A stretch of 64,000 nucleotides of DNA from a virus (IMGVR_UViG_2548876794_000003:32001-96000), one strand, 5' to 3'; shown: positions 1 to 10,451, counted from the first letter of the stretch. Notes: generated from the sequence alone by a model not told the origin. Translations and numbers: made by a program.

Positions 1-700
1 TCTTAAGCATTCGTGATAGTGAAGATAATGAAGTTGGCTCATACACATATGACGCATACGGAAATATTCTTGATGCTGAAGGGGCTTTAGCAAAAGAAAA
101 TCCAATTCGTTATGCAGGTTACTATTATGATGATGAAACGAAGAATTATTATTTACAAGCACGCTACTACAACCCGGCAAATGGCTCGTTCTTGGCATTA
201 GATCCGTATCCGGGGGATGCCGATGATCCATTATCACAAAATGGCTATAACTATGCGAATGGGAATCCAGTGATGTATGTGGATCCAGATGGAAATAATC
301 CAATTTATGGCCTACTTGCAGCTATTGCTAGGTATGCTGCACCTTTATTAAGGAGCGCAGGTGCAAAAGCAGCCAAGAAAATTAATAAGTATGCGAAGAA
401 ATTATTGAGCCCCTTCAAAAGATATCGAATTACTTCTAGTAAGAATGCTATAATTGTTGTAGTAGATAGAAAATCTAAATTAGGTGATAAACGAATTTTC
501 AGTATAGATAAACATCCTAATATACCTTTCTACAAGAAAACAGACAAGAAAAAAAGACTGTTAGAGATATTAAGGTGTGGCATTATCATCTGGGGCCCAT
601 GTCAGGATACGGAAAAGGGGGGAATGTCCATAGAGTATTTAAATGGGATATCCCTTCTAAGTACAAATTAAAAGTTGGCATTAATTATGTTTATGCTTAA
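1..700 (+). CDS. Rhs/WapA-type polymorphic toxin, 3' end (5'-truncated; apparent 1-nt frameshift at A7 549-555)
   Basis: Frame from nt 3 reads YTYDAYGNIL..NPIRYAGYYYDDETKNYYLQARYYNP..FLALDP..YNYANGNPVMYVDPDG (Rhs-associated core). Adding one A at 549-555 gives a C-terminus ...KVWHYHLG...YVYA* ending at 700, immediately before the RBS of the next gene. Confidence 0.9.
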
Positions 701-714
701 AAAGGAGAAGTAAA

Positions 715-1266
715 ATGGAAAAAGGAGATTATGAACAAAAGAGTGTTTTTGATGATAGAGACTATCAGATTAATAACTTAGAAGAAATGGAAATGGAAGA
801 ATTAACGCTTTATTTTGAAAAACAATTAATTGAATCGAAAAATAGAGAAAAATTCTTAATACCTTTACTAGATTTCCCAATCTATATGCATTTAGAAATA
901 TTTGATTTCGACGTGCAAAAAATAAGTAATTTAATTACTTCTGGTAATGGCACATACACTATCCAAAAGTTAAAAAAGGACACATACTATTTCGAAGCTA
1001 AGATTGATGACCATGAACTGTTTATAAAAACATTGAAGTATACGACTGCTTATGCAGGCTACGGACGATTGAACTTTTATACAAACTGTGATAAGTGTCT
1101 TAAAAAAGAGATTGTAGATGAAGAGATTCAATTCAATTTACTAGATTCCAGTAACTTTATATTAGTTACGATTAAATATGATGGAGATGTTTTGTGTATA
1201 GTAAGTGGAAAAAGTGAATTGAAAGAAATTAGAAAACAACTCAAACACCTAAATGCTTATGAATAG
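715..1266 (+). CDS. Probable cognate immunity protein
   Basis: Acidic 183-aa ORF with AAGGAG RBS directly after the Rhs toxin tip; assignment is positional. Confidence 0.65.
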   Translation: MEKGDYEQKSVFDDRDYQINNLEEMEMEELTLYFEKQLIESKNREKFLIPLLDFPIYMHLEIFDFDVQKISNLITSGNGTYTIQKLKKDTYYFEAKIDDHELFIKTLKYTTAYAGYGRLNFYTNCDKCLKKEIVDEEIQFNLLDSSNFILVTIKYDGDVLCIVSGKSELKEIRKQLKHLNAYE

Positions 1267-1377
1267 CCTATATAATACCATCTCAGTGTTCTAATTTATG
1301 GAAATGTTAGGTAAATTTAATTTTCGCTTTTTCTTTTAGGGTAAACAATTAAAATACTATATAAGAATATGTACAGC

Positions 1378-1419
1378 AAAATAGCTGATTTGTCGATTTT
1401 TTTGACAAATCAGCTATTT
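1378..1419. terminator. Bidirectional terminator between convergent units
   Basis: Perfect 16-bp inverted repeat AAATAGCTGATTTGTC...GACAAATCAGCTATTT. Confidence 0.75.
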
Positions 1420-1446
1420 ATATTTTTATAATATGATTTTGATTCT

Positions 1447-1743
1447 TTAAATAACACCCTTTTGCATTTTAGCGAATGGTAATAGTGAGCTTTCACCGAT
1501 TGGCACACTCGAGACAAAAGTTATATTAGCTCGCATCTCTTCAACCTGTTTACGAAGAGCTGTCTGCGCTTCTACGGTTTCCCCTCTATACTTTGTTATG
1601 TTTATGATGTATTCGTTGTCTCCTGTTCGTTGAGCAATGGCTGTCGCATATGAAAAAAGTGTTTCACCTTGAATTGTAATCGTGTCTGATGAAACAGTTA
1701 ACTTCCCGTCAAGATAGTGTGCAATAGCCTTTTCAGCTTTCAT
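1447..1743 (-). CDS. Hypothetical phage protein
   Basis: 98-aa ORF, GGAGGAG RBS, LFSYATAIA motif. Confidence 0.7.
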   Translation of the reverse strand: MKAEKAIAHYLDGKLTVSSDTITIQGETLFSYATAIAQRTGDNEYIINITKYRGETVEAQTALRKQVEEMRANITFVSSVPIGESSLLPFAKMQKGVI

Positions 1744-1755
1744 GGCAAGCTCCTC

Positions 1756-1983
1756 CTATGCGAATTTTTGAGCTGGTAAAACAACGCTTGCTGTAGGCTC
1801 AAATGTAATAGTTTGTGTTTGTTTATCAATTACTTTAACTACAAATTCACGCACTGATTTACCATCGAGTGTTGCTTGTGAAAAGCTTACAACGTCACCT
1901 ACTGAAACTTGTTCTAATGAATCGATTGCGTTAAACGTTAGTGCTGACCAACCTGTGATACCTTTAGTGTTTACCATTAACAT
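1756..1983 (-). CDS. Hypothetical protein
   Basis: 75-aa ORF with AGGAGG RBS. Confidence 0.7.
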   Translation of the reverse strand: MLMVNTKGITGWSALTFNAIDSLEQVSVGDVVSFSQATLDGKSVREFVVKVIDKQTQTITFEPTASVVLPAQKFA

Positions 1984-2012
1984 AATAAAAATCCTCCTAA
2001 GATTAACTGTAG

Positions 2013-2411
2013 TTATATTTTGTAAGTGTAAAAATCTATATAGATGCTAAGATTTTCTTCGACTGACTGCTCTGGAAATACGGACCAATCCATTCTTTTA
2101 ATAGAGAATGATAATCCATATTCCTCTAAGATATAAAGGAGTGAATCCTCAATCATTCGAAATACGCAGCCCGCCGTATCCCTCTTGAATTTTTTAGATA
2201 GTCTATTGAAGTATTCTGTGGGAACGTTGTACAACCTTACGAAGCAGGAAGCTTTAGTGTCCGTTTCATTAACTTCTAACGTTTCCAATACCGCATGTGC
2301 TATACGCAAAGATTGCGAATATACATAGTCGAAAAATTTATCTGGGAATTCAAGTTCGTCTATTAAGTTCATGCGACACAGCCTAAACGCAAAGCTCTTT
2401 GGCTGCGCCAA
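2013..2411 (-). CDS. Hypothetical protein
   Basis: 132-aa ORF in minus-strand run. Confidence 0.6.
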   Translation of the reverse strand: MAQPKSFAFRLCRMNLIDELEFPDKFFDYVYSQSLRIAHAVLETLEVNETDTKASCFVRLYNVPTEYFNRLSKKFKRDTAGCVFRMIEDSLLYILEEYGLSFSIKRMDWSVFPEQSVEENLSIYIDFYTYKI

Positions 2412-2589
2412 TCATCTTTAAGAAGTTGATTTGTGTGCGCACATAATGTGAATTCTCTAGGCCGCCAGCTTCAAACCAGTCGTGCAAGCGTTTGTTGACA
2501 TCTCTTGCAACGTATACCGGTACTTGCATCATCGCATCGTTCAGTTCTTTTAGAATCATTTCGTTATCTGTTGTTGGTTTAATAGTCAT
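2383..2589 (-). CDS. Hypothetical protein
   Basis: 68-aa ORF with GGGGGA RBS. Confidence 0.65.
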   Translation of the reverse strand: MTIKPTTDNEMILKELNDAMMQVPVYVARDVNKRLHDWFEAGGLENSHYVRTQINFLKMIGAAKELCV

Positions 2590-2736
2590 TAGTAAATCCC
2601 CCTGTTTTTTTGGATAGTAAATGCCCCGCCCGTAAAAGGACGAGGCTTTTTATGTTGTAATTATTTTCTACCGAAATCTTCTGGATTCTCGCCCATGGTA
2701 GATGTGTGATCTTTCAAATGGCTCTTTAGTCAAGCT

Positions 2737-3045
2737 TTATTGAAGTCTTTGTTCAATCCATTTGATTTGTTCTTTTTGTGATTCTACAAGCTCTTCATTT
2801 GATTTCAAACACCATGTAGTTAGGCCGAAAGAGATAGCCCAGATGCATGCATAAAAGAAGTCATATGTAAGCAGGTAGTAAATCAATCCAGTAGCATTAT
2901 AGATATTGATAGCCCACGTAAAGCGTCGAAGTAAGCGTGAGAAGCGGATACTTTTCTTCATCTCTTCTAATCTTCGTGAAAGATGCGTTTTGATAAAATC
3001 GTCGGCATTGTCTAGTAAGTGTGAGCCGTTAGTTGATGTTGTCAT
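2737..3045 (-). CDS. Hypothetical membrane protein (likely start MTTSTN)
   Basis: Two hydrophobic segments; AAGGAG upstream of ATG at 3045, overlapping the upstream gene end. Confidence 0.55.
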   Translation of the reverse strand: MTTSTNGSHLLDNADDFIKTHLSRRLEEMKKSIRFSRLLRRFTWAINIYNATGLIYYLLTYDFFYACIWAISFGLTTWCLKSNEELVESQKEQIKWIEQRLQ

Positions 3046-3424
3046 GCAGGTTCTCCTTGTATGGATTGTAGACAGTATATAGTCCTTCGCTGTCCCAATC
3101 ATTAAAATGTTCAATTGTCTCAAAGATATTATTCCTTCTATGCATCTTAGTATTAAAATGACGTTCATTGAAGAAAAGCAATTCATCCACAATATGAGGT
3201 CGTACTACAACAATTCCAAACTTGTTGAATAGAACTCTACCCTTTACGAGAACGTGAGAGTTAACCCACTTTCGATGCGTAAAATAAACATCGTCCCCTT
3301 TAACTAACTTTTTGTCCATAAGGAAATAGCCTGTCAAAATAGATTCCTCTGTATCGAGTGCATCTATTTCAACAGACTTAGCGTTAGTTGGTATTGAACT
3401 ATCCATGTCATGTGTTGTAATCAT
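3029..3424 (-). CDS. Hypothetical protein
   Basis: 131-aa ORF with AAGGAG RBS. Confidence 0.65.
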   Translation of the reverse strand: MITTHDMDSSIPTNAKSVEIDALDTEESILTGYFLMDKKLVKGDDVYFTHRKWVNSHVLVKGRVLFNKFGIVVVRPHIVDELLFFNERHFNTKMHRRNNIFETIEHFNDWDSEGLYTVYNPYKENLHDNIN

Positions 3425-3458
3425 TTTTAAAATGCTCCTTTAGTCGGGTAAAGAGTAG

Positions 3459-4037
3459 TTACTTTTTAACGCAGCTGTCTATGTACGTTTGTTCGTAATC
3501 CAATAAATTTGCGCACTCGTTGAATATCCTTTCATCTTGCGTAGTGATATTGATAGCTGACAATGATTTATAGATGTCATCAAGGATGCGATATATTTTA
3601 TGTTGTATTACTAACGAGTTTTCTCTATTCATATTAGGCAATTCCTTCAAGACCTTTAAACCAGTATTGATAGGTCCTTCATATTGAATGAGAATTTTTT
3701 GGTAGAACGGGTTAGCGAGTACTTCTTGTGATGGATTGATAAAGCTGTATATAAATGCCCCTTTGGCAGAAAGAGCATCTATAAGTTTTCCATCAAAAAA
3801 AGCTTTTTGAACAGGTTCAAAGGATGGATAGTTAGAAAGCTTCATCAACTCTCTGTAACTGTAAATTATTTCTTTGAAAGAATTCAGTACTTCTTCTTCG
3901 GCTTTCTGTACTTCTAACTCGGCAGTGCAAGAAGAGCAGAATATAGCATAAGCACCATAGCCTACAGAGAGGTTGTGATGAACGCCACGAAGTTTGTTGC
4001 AAGACGAGCATTTTCCAAAATACGGTGGTTTGAGCAT
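3459..4037 (-). CDS. Hypothetical protein with N-terminal CxxC..CxxC zinc finger
   Basis: CSSC...CSSC; AAGGAGG RBS. Confidence 0.7.
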   Translation of the reverse strand: MLKPPYFGKCSSCNKLRGVHHNLSVGYGAYAIFCSSCTAELEVQKAEEEVLNSFKEIIYSYRELMKLSNYPSFEPVQKAFFDGKLIDALSAKGAFIYSFINPSQEVLANPFYQKILIQYEGPINTGLKVLKELPNMNRENSLVIQHKIYRILDDIYKSLSAINITTQDERIFNECANLLDYEQTYIDSCVKK

Positions 4038-4086
4038 AATTTACCCTCCTTTCGTATGAATTAGCCAAATGAAATAAGTGAAAAAT

Positions 4087-4578
4087 TCACTTTAACTGCT
4101 CCATTTGTATCACGACTTGTACTAATTCATTATATACAAAATTGACGTTCTTATAAATGTATTTTTGAGAGTTTTTGGTTACTGAGTTTATTATTTTTTG
4201 AGAGTTTTGTCCTAAATAGTCTGCTCGCCTTGCATCTATCGGTGATAAATCTCCAAAATGATCGCAGTCGAATCTGAGTATGCGCTGCATAGACATGCCA
4301 TCCACACTCTTTGAAAAGCTATCCATAGTGAATCCACCATAAACGTTGATGATTTTATCAAGATTTTCCATGTTATAAAAAGCGGAATCTTGTGCGATAC
4401 TAATTTGACCAATTAGAATTCCACGATAATTACGGATGATTTCGCATGGATACCCTTTGATAAGAAAGCTATAATGATCTTCCTCTTGTGTCCATTCCGG
4501 TTCATGGCCATCGTAGTTTACAGCTATAGCTGTAGATACAATGTCTAGGTGATTGGCTAATGTTGATAATAGATCCAT
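4087..4578 (-). CDS. Hypothetical phage protein
   Basis: 163 aa with GG[FL]T..FDCxH motif; GGAGG RBS. Confidence 0.7.
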   Translation of the reverse strand: MDLLSTLANHLDIVSTAIAVNYDGHEPEWTQEEDHYSFLIKGYPCEIIRNYRGILIGQISIAQDSAFYNMENLDKIINVYGGFTMDSFSKSVDGMSMQRILRFDCDHFGDLSPIDARRADYLGQNSQKIINSVTKNSQKYIYKNVNFVYNELVQVVIQMEQLK

Positions 4579-4598
4579 CTCATGTCCTCCCTGTTTTT

Positions 4599-5012
4599 TT
4601 AGAAAATCGGCTCTGATATTGTGCCGTCATCTTGTGCCAAGATGTCGAATTTTAGATATTCTAATGAAGGTTTTATATACGATTTTGGAACAACTGCTAT
4701 GCGATTGCCTTGTGTGTAGATAATCGAAGCGGGTTCCATGCTGTTTGTTTCTGGATTTTTCACTGTCATGTGGTCCAAAACATAATCGGAAAACTTCAAC
4801 AAATCACGCATTCTAACGAATGAAACAATATCTATTAAGCTGTCATCCTTTGTTTTACTGACAATAGCTTGTGTATAGGAGAAGCGTTCGTTTTCGAGAA
4901 GTCGATATAAAAAATCATCCTCACTAAAAATTCCTAAGTCTACAGCTTTGCGCATCCTTGCACCACAAGGACGTTCCCACTCCTTTATACGGTCAACTAC
5001 TTCTACATACAT
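4599..5012 (-). CDS. Hypothetical protein
   Basis: 137-aa ORF, AGGAG RBS. Confidence 0.7.
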   Translation of the reverse strand: MYVEVVDRIKEWERPCGARMRKAVDLGIFSEDDFLYRLLENERFSYTQAIVSKTKDDSLIDIVSFVRMRDLLKFSDYVLDHMTVKNPETNSMEPASIIYTQGNRIAVVPKSYIKPSLEYLKFDILAQDDGTISEPIF

Positions 5013-5035
5013 TATGCGTCACTCCTGTTCGAATA

Positions 5036-5070
5036 AAATAAAAAAGCGCATCCTTTTCGGACGCGCTTTC
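5036..5070 (-). terminator. Rho-independent terminator of par operon
   Basis: GAAAGCGCGTCC-GAAAA-GGATGCGCTTTTTT on minus strand. Confidence 0.7.
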
Positions 5071-5080
5071 TCTGTAAATG

Positions 5081-5506
5081 TTACTTATGGTTTTGAGTTT
5101 CAATTTCGACAAGCATGTCGAAGATAGCTCTTTTGTCTGCAGGTAGCTTTTTCAGACGTTCATCAATCATGTTATTGATTTGTTGGTCAACAGTCGATGC
5201 TGCGCTATCAATTTTTTGTAATGCCATTACACGATGTCGTGTTTCACGAGCTACACGTAAGCTTGTGTAGTCGATAGCTCCTTTAGGAGCGCTAGATTTA
5301 GCTGGTTCACTTTTAGTAGTTTTTTTAGTAGTAGTAGCTTTTGCTACAGGTGCTACAACTTCTTCTACTGCAGGTGTTACTACAGATGCTTGTTCAGCGT
5401 TCTTTCTTGAATTATTTAAACTTGAAGGATCAAATTTTTTAGTTGGTGCAACGTTCACATTGTTTTTTAACGGATCGTTTTTTTTGCTTTTAATTAAGTC
5501 GCTCAT
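5081..5506 (-). CDS. Type Ib partition centromere-binding protein (RHH, ParG/RepC-like)
   Basis: Starts 1 nt after the parA stop; disordered N-terminus, then C-terminal TSLRVARETRHRVMAL...TVDQQINNMID ribbon-helix-helix pattern. Confidence 0.7.
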   Translation of the reverse strand: MSDLIKSKKNDPLKNNVNVAPTKKFDPSSLNNSRKNAEQASVVTPAVEEVVAPVAKATTTKKTTKSEPAKSSAPKGAIDYTSLRVARETRHRVMALQKIDSAASTVDQQINNMIDERLKKLPADKRAIFDMLVEIETQNHK

Positions 5507-5507
5507 A

Positions 5508-6485
5508 TTATTCTACCCCTGCTTTCTCTTCCGCTTCGATACGGTTTAATAATTCATTTGCAATACCAGCGTATAGCGTATGGATTGCTTTATCATGAGT
5601 GTCTGTTTCATGATGTGAAATACCAACACGAGAGTAACGTTTTAATCGTTCGCGGTAAGGAACAACAGAGTTAAATAAATTGTGTTCTCCAAATGTTTCA
5701 GCAGCATCTTGTAGGATGCGTTCATCAACTTTACTGTCTCGTTTTAGAATTACAGGCAAGATACCAATAATATCTGCTTCGGCATCATATTCGTCAATAA
5801 GCTCTTGTAAGTAGCCAACGAAGTCTTTCGCACCATCTAATGACCAGTCTTGTGTTTGGAGAACAACAAGAAGATAGTTCGATGCATAAAGCGCTGAATC
5901 GGTAATGATAGAAAGTGTTGGTGGAACATCAATGAATACAAAATCATATGCTCCGCTTACTCTATCTAATAAATCTTTTAAGTGAGTAACGCGATCAGTG
6001 TAATCTGGGAAAACACCTTCTAAATATCGAGAATAGTAACGGAAATCACTATAGCTTGGAATAATATCTAAGTTGTCAATAATTGGTGTGATGATACTTT
6101 GTAGATCTTGGTTTTGAATGGCCGTCATTAACGTGCCATCGTATGTAATGCTATCTACAGGTTCTTCAACCGATTCCTTAACTTGATTAATTTCTTTAAG
6201 AGATAGTTTTACACGAGATGCGTCGAAGTCATCTTCGCCTTCATGTTTAGCACGTTCAGCAGCAATCTTCGCATCTAAAACTTGGTCAAGTTTATCTTGA
6301 ATCATAAGCTCATGTTCATGTAAGTGACGAGTTTTCATAAGAAGTGAAGTTGCATTTGCTTGCGGATCCTGGTCAACAATTAAAACTCGTTTGCCCATTT
6401 TCGCTAATTCGTAAGCAATCATAACGGTGTTGGTAGTCTTGCCAACGCCACCTTTGATGTTACCGAATGTGATAGTAGTAGTCAT
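5508..6485 (-). CDS. parA: ParA/Soj-family partition ATPase
   Basis: Deviant Walker A KGGVGKTT, IVDQDPQANAT, YDFVFIDVPP. Confidence 0.95.
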   Translation of the reverse strand: MTTTITFGNIKGGVGKTTNTVMIAYELAKMGKRVLIVDQDPQANATSLLMKTRHLHEHELMIQDKLDQVLDAKIAAERAKHEGEDDFDASRVKLSLKEINQVKESVEEPVDSITYDGTLMTAIQNQDLQSIITPIIDNLDIIPSYSDFRYYSRYLEGVFPDYTDRVTHLKDLLDRVSGAYDFVFIDVPPTLSIITDSALYASNYLLVVLQTQDWSLDGAKDFVGYLQELIDEYDAEADIIGILPVILKRDSKVDERILQDAAETFGEHNLFNSVVPYRERLKRYSRVGISHHETDTHDKAIHTLYAGIANELLNRIEAEEKAGVE

Positions 6486-6526
6486 TTTAAAAGCTCCTTT
6501 GAGTGTGTATTGTATTCAGTTTTCAA

Positions 6527-6613
6527 TGTATGCATGTATGCAAGTATGCGATGTTTTTTGTTTCATCGTATGTGAGCATACATATATAATAATATACTCG
6601 CATACTTACTTGC
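6527..6613. promoter_or_regulatory. GCATAC octamer repeats upstream of parA (putative autoregulatory parS)
   Basis: TGTATGCA-TGTATGCA-AGTATGCG tandem plus inverted GTATGTGAGCATAC; same motif as the 16.9-18.2 kb array. Confidence 0.6.
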
Positions 6614-6709
6614 AATAACTACTTAGTAAATAAATGTATAATCGTACTGAAAAGTAGTAAAAACGTTGAAAATCAGAATAACAGATACAACTCTATAGTC
6701 TATATATGA

Positions 6710-7461
6710 CTAACCAATCGTTAGTAACTCATAGGGTTCTTCCGGATAATCTTCTCCCCTACTAGCATGCAAGTCGTTTATTTGCATCGTATTCGGTAGA
6801 TAATTCTGTTTGAAAATATCGACAACCTGCCGCACAAAAGGCTCATACTCTTTATAGGCGTCATGAGCTATCAATACATCTTTATGACAATTACCTTCAA
6901 TTACTTGGAACAAATCGGTGCAAAGAGAGGTTTTAATAATTACCAATGGATAGATGATTCTATCATGAGAGAACCTTAAGTCGAACATAGAAATAGAATT
7001 TTTTTAACTTGAATATAGATAGAACCATATCCTCTAAAAACGTAGCATGAATGGATGCCTGGTTCGACTTCTTTAGAAGAAACAGAGAGCGTTGATATGT
7101 AATCACCTCGACCTTTGATACGATGAAGGTGCTCGTCCAATGAAGTATAAGTAACGACTTCATTGTCCATATCATCATAATAGGAAATGGCAATTGTCAT
7201 GTCGACAGAGCTAATCTTAGGATTGTTTGAATTAGCGTATATCATATTGCTACTCTTCATGTTCTCATTGTATGGCCATTTTATATCTGCAGCGAGCAAT
7301 GCATCTCTTTCTTTTGCTACATCAAGCTGCCGAAGGTGTTTCATTAATGGAAGGAATTCCTCAACTACATGCATACCAAAATTGCACAATGCTATATCTT
7401 GATTCGATTTTGAAGTAAACGGGTTTGGAAGAATTGGTGCATTTGTTGGTGCATTTCCCAC
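6710..7461 (-). CDS. Hypothetical protein (ORFs 6976-7461 and 6710-6988 joined across a frameshift at T7 6999-7005)
   Basis: One extra A gives ...IQVKKNSISMFDLRF... continuous. Confidence 0.6.
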
Positions 7462-7541
7462 TATATAAGTCCCCCCTTCTACTTAGTGAAAATTAAAAAA
7501 CCTCCGCTAAAAAAGCAGAGGTTGAATAGATCGTCATGCTT

Positions 7542-8177
7542 CTATTTCTGAGTGTTCTTTTCATTGAAATAGAGCTGGCATAATGACAGCAGTATATTAA
7601 ATCGTTCATTTTTATGTGTAAGAACACCATGGTTTCGAAGTAGTTTTACCACATACGATTTGAAGTCCCCTACTAATAAATGAGAATATATCGTAGGGAA
7701 TTTTGCGTAGTGATCTAGTTTAGCAAACTCTTGCGAAAAGTAATTGACAGAAGGAGAAACGATTAAATTGTTGAATGTAATATTAAACAATCTCTTATTG
7801 TTTTCCCACTCTGTTGTAGTATAAGGATTTTTGTGCAAGACATTCATACGTTCGATTGTGTGTGAAAACGATAACGAATGTTCTCTAATCAAACTAGCAA
7901 CATAACTATCCGGTCGATGATTTATTCTATCGTTTAAAAGCTCGATTATTGTGAATGGAGAATAATTAATGCGAAGCTTTGGTAAGTTTTGTACAAATTG
8001 TCGCTCTTTTTTATACCACACATGTAGGTCAATTAATTTTTGAACTCCTGAATCAGTAAGGGTTTCTAATGAATCCAACTCTTCGAACGAATTCATGTAA
8101 AATACCTTAGAGATGTCGTCATTTGTCGCCTTTCTAAATAAAGAATTACTCAATAATAAACGCTCCTTGTATAGCAT
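7542..8177 (-). CDS. Hypothetical protein
   Basis: 211-aa ORF; start uncertain. Confidence 0.55.
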   Translation of the reverse strand: MLYKERLLLSNSLFRKATNDDISKVFYMNSFEELDSLETLTDSGVQKLIDLHVWYKKERQFVQNLPKLRINYSPFTIIELLNDRINHRPDSYVASLIREHSLSFSHTIERMNVLHKNPYTTTEWENNKRLFNITFNNLIVSPSVNYFSQEFAKLDHYAKFPTIYSHLLVGDFKSYVVKLLRNHGVLTHKNERFNILLSLCQLYFNEKNTQK

Positions 8178-8478
8178 CTTCTATCATAAGTAACGGTTAC
8201 AATGTCTCGTCTGAAAATTCAGAATGGTTAGTAGTTGCAACAATAGTCATGAAAAAATGCGAATGTTTGTTTGTACACTGAGAGTGTACAACATTGAAAA
8301 GTATACCAACGTTTTTTAAAGAGTACAATCTAAAGAATTGATGTAAGCGCATACCTGTAAAAAATTGATATATTATCCGCATAAGTAAAAAATTAAATAA
8401 GGACAAATACTTTATATTCTTTTTGAAATGATATTTATTCACTACGACTAAAGTATATATAAACAATGATACATGGTT

Positions 8479-8835
8479 TTACCCATATACCCACTTTCCA
8501 AATAATGCGAATTGAATGACTTCATCGGCACAGTCTGCATCAAATTCACACATGTCGTAAGTACTTAATAAGAAATTATGCTTACTCAAAAATTTTCTAA
8601 AAGCTGTATCAATTTTCTTCTTTGTTAATTCTCCAGCTACAGTGTCGTCATACTGGTCAAGAATTGTGATACTGCCACCTTCTTCTAGGATATGCGACGA
8701 AGCAATAGATAAAGGAATGCTACGGTCCCTATCTTTTAGCCCTTCTTTCGACATATCAATGCCAGCCCAATAGCCGATGCCCCCTTCAAAAGCTGTGACA
8801 ATAATTGATTCTAATTTTTTATAAGTTAATTCCAT
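8479..8835 (-). CDS. Hypothetical phage protein
   Basis: 118 aa, EGGIGYWA...DADCADEVIQFALFG..YG; GGAGG RBS. Confidence 0.75.
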   Translation of the reverse strand: MELTYKKLESIIVTAFEGGIGYWAGIDMSKEGLKDRDRSIPLSIASSHILEEGGSITILDQYDDTVAGELTKKKIDTAFRKFLSKHNFLLSTYDMCEFDADCADEVIQFALFGKWVYG

Positions 8836-8909
8836 AACATATTCCTCCGTTTTTTATGAAAAATAAAAAAAGACAACTCATTAAATGAATTGTCTTTTAG
8901 GTATATATA

Positions 8910-9185
8910 TTAGTTGTGAACTAATGTTTTTTTCTTTTCTTCTTTTTCGAGAAGAGAATACACTTTAACGAAAGCTTCTTCTTGAACTTTCGGATCCGCA
9001 CCCTCTACTCTAGCAATTGTTCGAAGCTCTAGCCCTGTTCTTTCTGCAACATCTCGTTGCGTTAATCGAAGAGCATTACGGCGTTTTGAAATTTCTGAAG
9101 AACGCTTTACTTCCTTACTATCTAAAAAATCTGCAACAGCAGGAATAGTACGTGCTTCTTGTAAAAAGCGTTTGAAATCGTCCAT
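8910..9185 (-). CDS. XRE-family HTH protein, probable HigA-type antitoxin
   Basis: RRNALRLTQRDVAERTGLELRTIARVEG. Confidence 0.8.
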   Translation of the reverse strand: MDDFKRFLQEARTIPAVADFLDSKEVKRSSEISKRRNALRLTQRDVAERTGLELRTIARVEGADPKVQEEAFVKVYSLLEKEEKKKTLVHN

Positions 9186-9315
9186 ATTAATTTCTCCTTT
9201 TAGTGCGGCAGCTTAATACATTAGCGCACCGGTTAATAAATAGGATAATGATTCTACTCTTTGTTGAATAGATTCCCTTTATTATAGCAAACAAAACATT
9301 CAATTGTCACGTTAG

Positions 9316-9885
9316 TTACGATGGGTTGAATTGGCGATTTCGATAATTGGCTCTCTCCCTATACAACCTTTTAATCCTAATTGCTTCTTCAAGGTATATA
9401 TTAGTAGGATCAAAAATTCGTCCGCCGTTATTGATAGTATCTCTAGTTTTAAAGAAAGCTTTAGTGAAAACATAATAGTTCTCACCATTAACAGTGATAG
9501 TAAAAAAAATAGCTCTGAACTGGTGGATTACCGCTATATCGCGGTAAGTGATTCTTAGCTCATATATGTACGAGACTCGCCCATTTTGTCGTAATACCTT
9601 CACAAGCACCATTTCAATTGATTCACCCTCGTTATCGCCTTCTCTTATATTGAGAGTTGTGACATATTCTCCACTCTCCTCTTCTTCTCGCGTTAATGGA
9701 TATGGATAAGGAAAATCTTCTGTGTATTCAAGTTTTTCAAGAGCCATAGCAATATAGGAGACAAGAATTGGTGGTAACTTTTCAGGGTTGTCGGCGGATA
9801 ATTTTGTACGACGAACAATGTCATCTAAAAAATCTGTAACTTGGGCTTGCCCACGTTCACCCCTATGAAAATGGATTTTATTCAT
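9316..9885 (-). CDS. RelE/HigB-like toxin, elongated
   Basis: IYELRI...FRAIFF...YYVFTKAFFKT...EEAIRIK; lies upstream of an XRE HTH gene (HigBA order). Confidence 0.65.
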   Translation of the reverse strand: MNKIHFHRGERGQAQVTDFLDDIVRRTKLSADNPEKLPPILVSYIAMALEKLEYTEDFPYPYPLTREEEESGEYVTTLNIREGDNEGESIEMVLVKVLRQNGRVSYIYELRITYRDIAVIHQFRAIFFTITVNGENYYVFTKAFFKTRDTINNGGRIFDPTNIYLEEAIRIKRLYRERANYRNRQFNPS

Positions 9886-10247
9886 TTATTCCCCTCCTTT
9901 CTAACAAAAGCCTTTATTGTTCAACATGTTAATCTGCATAGTTGTTACTCCCTCTATTATACCCTTTTCTCCATTCCTACTCCCTAATTTAGATACGCAC
10001 AATCATTAGCATTTACATCTATACAATATGCGGCTTATGAATTGCTAGTTCGCATAAGCCCGTAATATCAGCACTTACAAAAACAGTTCGAAGTATATTC
10101 GTTTTATTGATTTTTTGGATTCATTACTAATTTAGTAAACCTAGTTAACTCTATTAATAAATCAATGGTTTACCTAAGATAACTTAAATAAGCGCGATTA
10201 TTGGCTCATTCTGTGATAGAAAGAGGAAGAAAAGGCGGCGCTTTTCA

Positions 10248-10451
10248 CTATTTAGAAGGTTGGTTTAAAACTTGGCAATAGCCTAAGAAGTAATGAGCGA
10301 TTACAACTTCTTCTTCAATTGACATTGAACCTTTCTTTTTCAGGTATGCTTTAAGCAATTGAAGAAGGCTATAGTCCTCTCCCAGCTGCTTTTCAATATC
10401 CGATAGCTCTTGATATTCGTCTGGTTGGAATAAGTAGACAGAGTTATTCAT
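10248..10451 (-). CDS. Hypothetical protein
   Basis: 67 aa, coupled to the upstream ORF. Confidence 0.6.
   Translation of the reverse strand: MNNSVYLFQPDEYQELSDIEKQLGEDYSLLQLLKAYLKKKGSMSIEEEVVIAHYFLGYCQVLNQPSK

Noticed and set aside
8197-8466. 89-aa F/L-rich ORF
   Set aside because: No RBS and AT-rich composition; could not be convincingly joined to its neighbours
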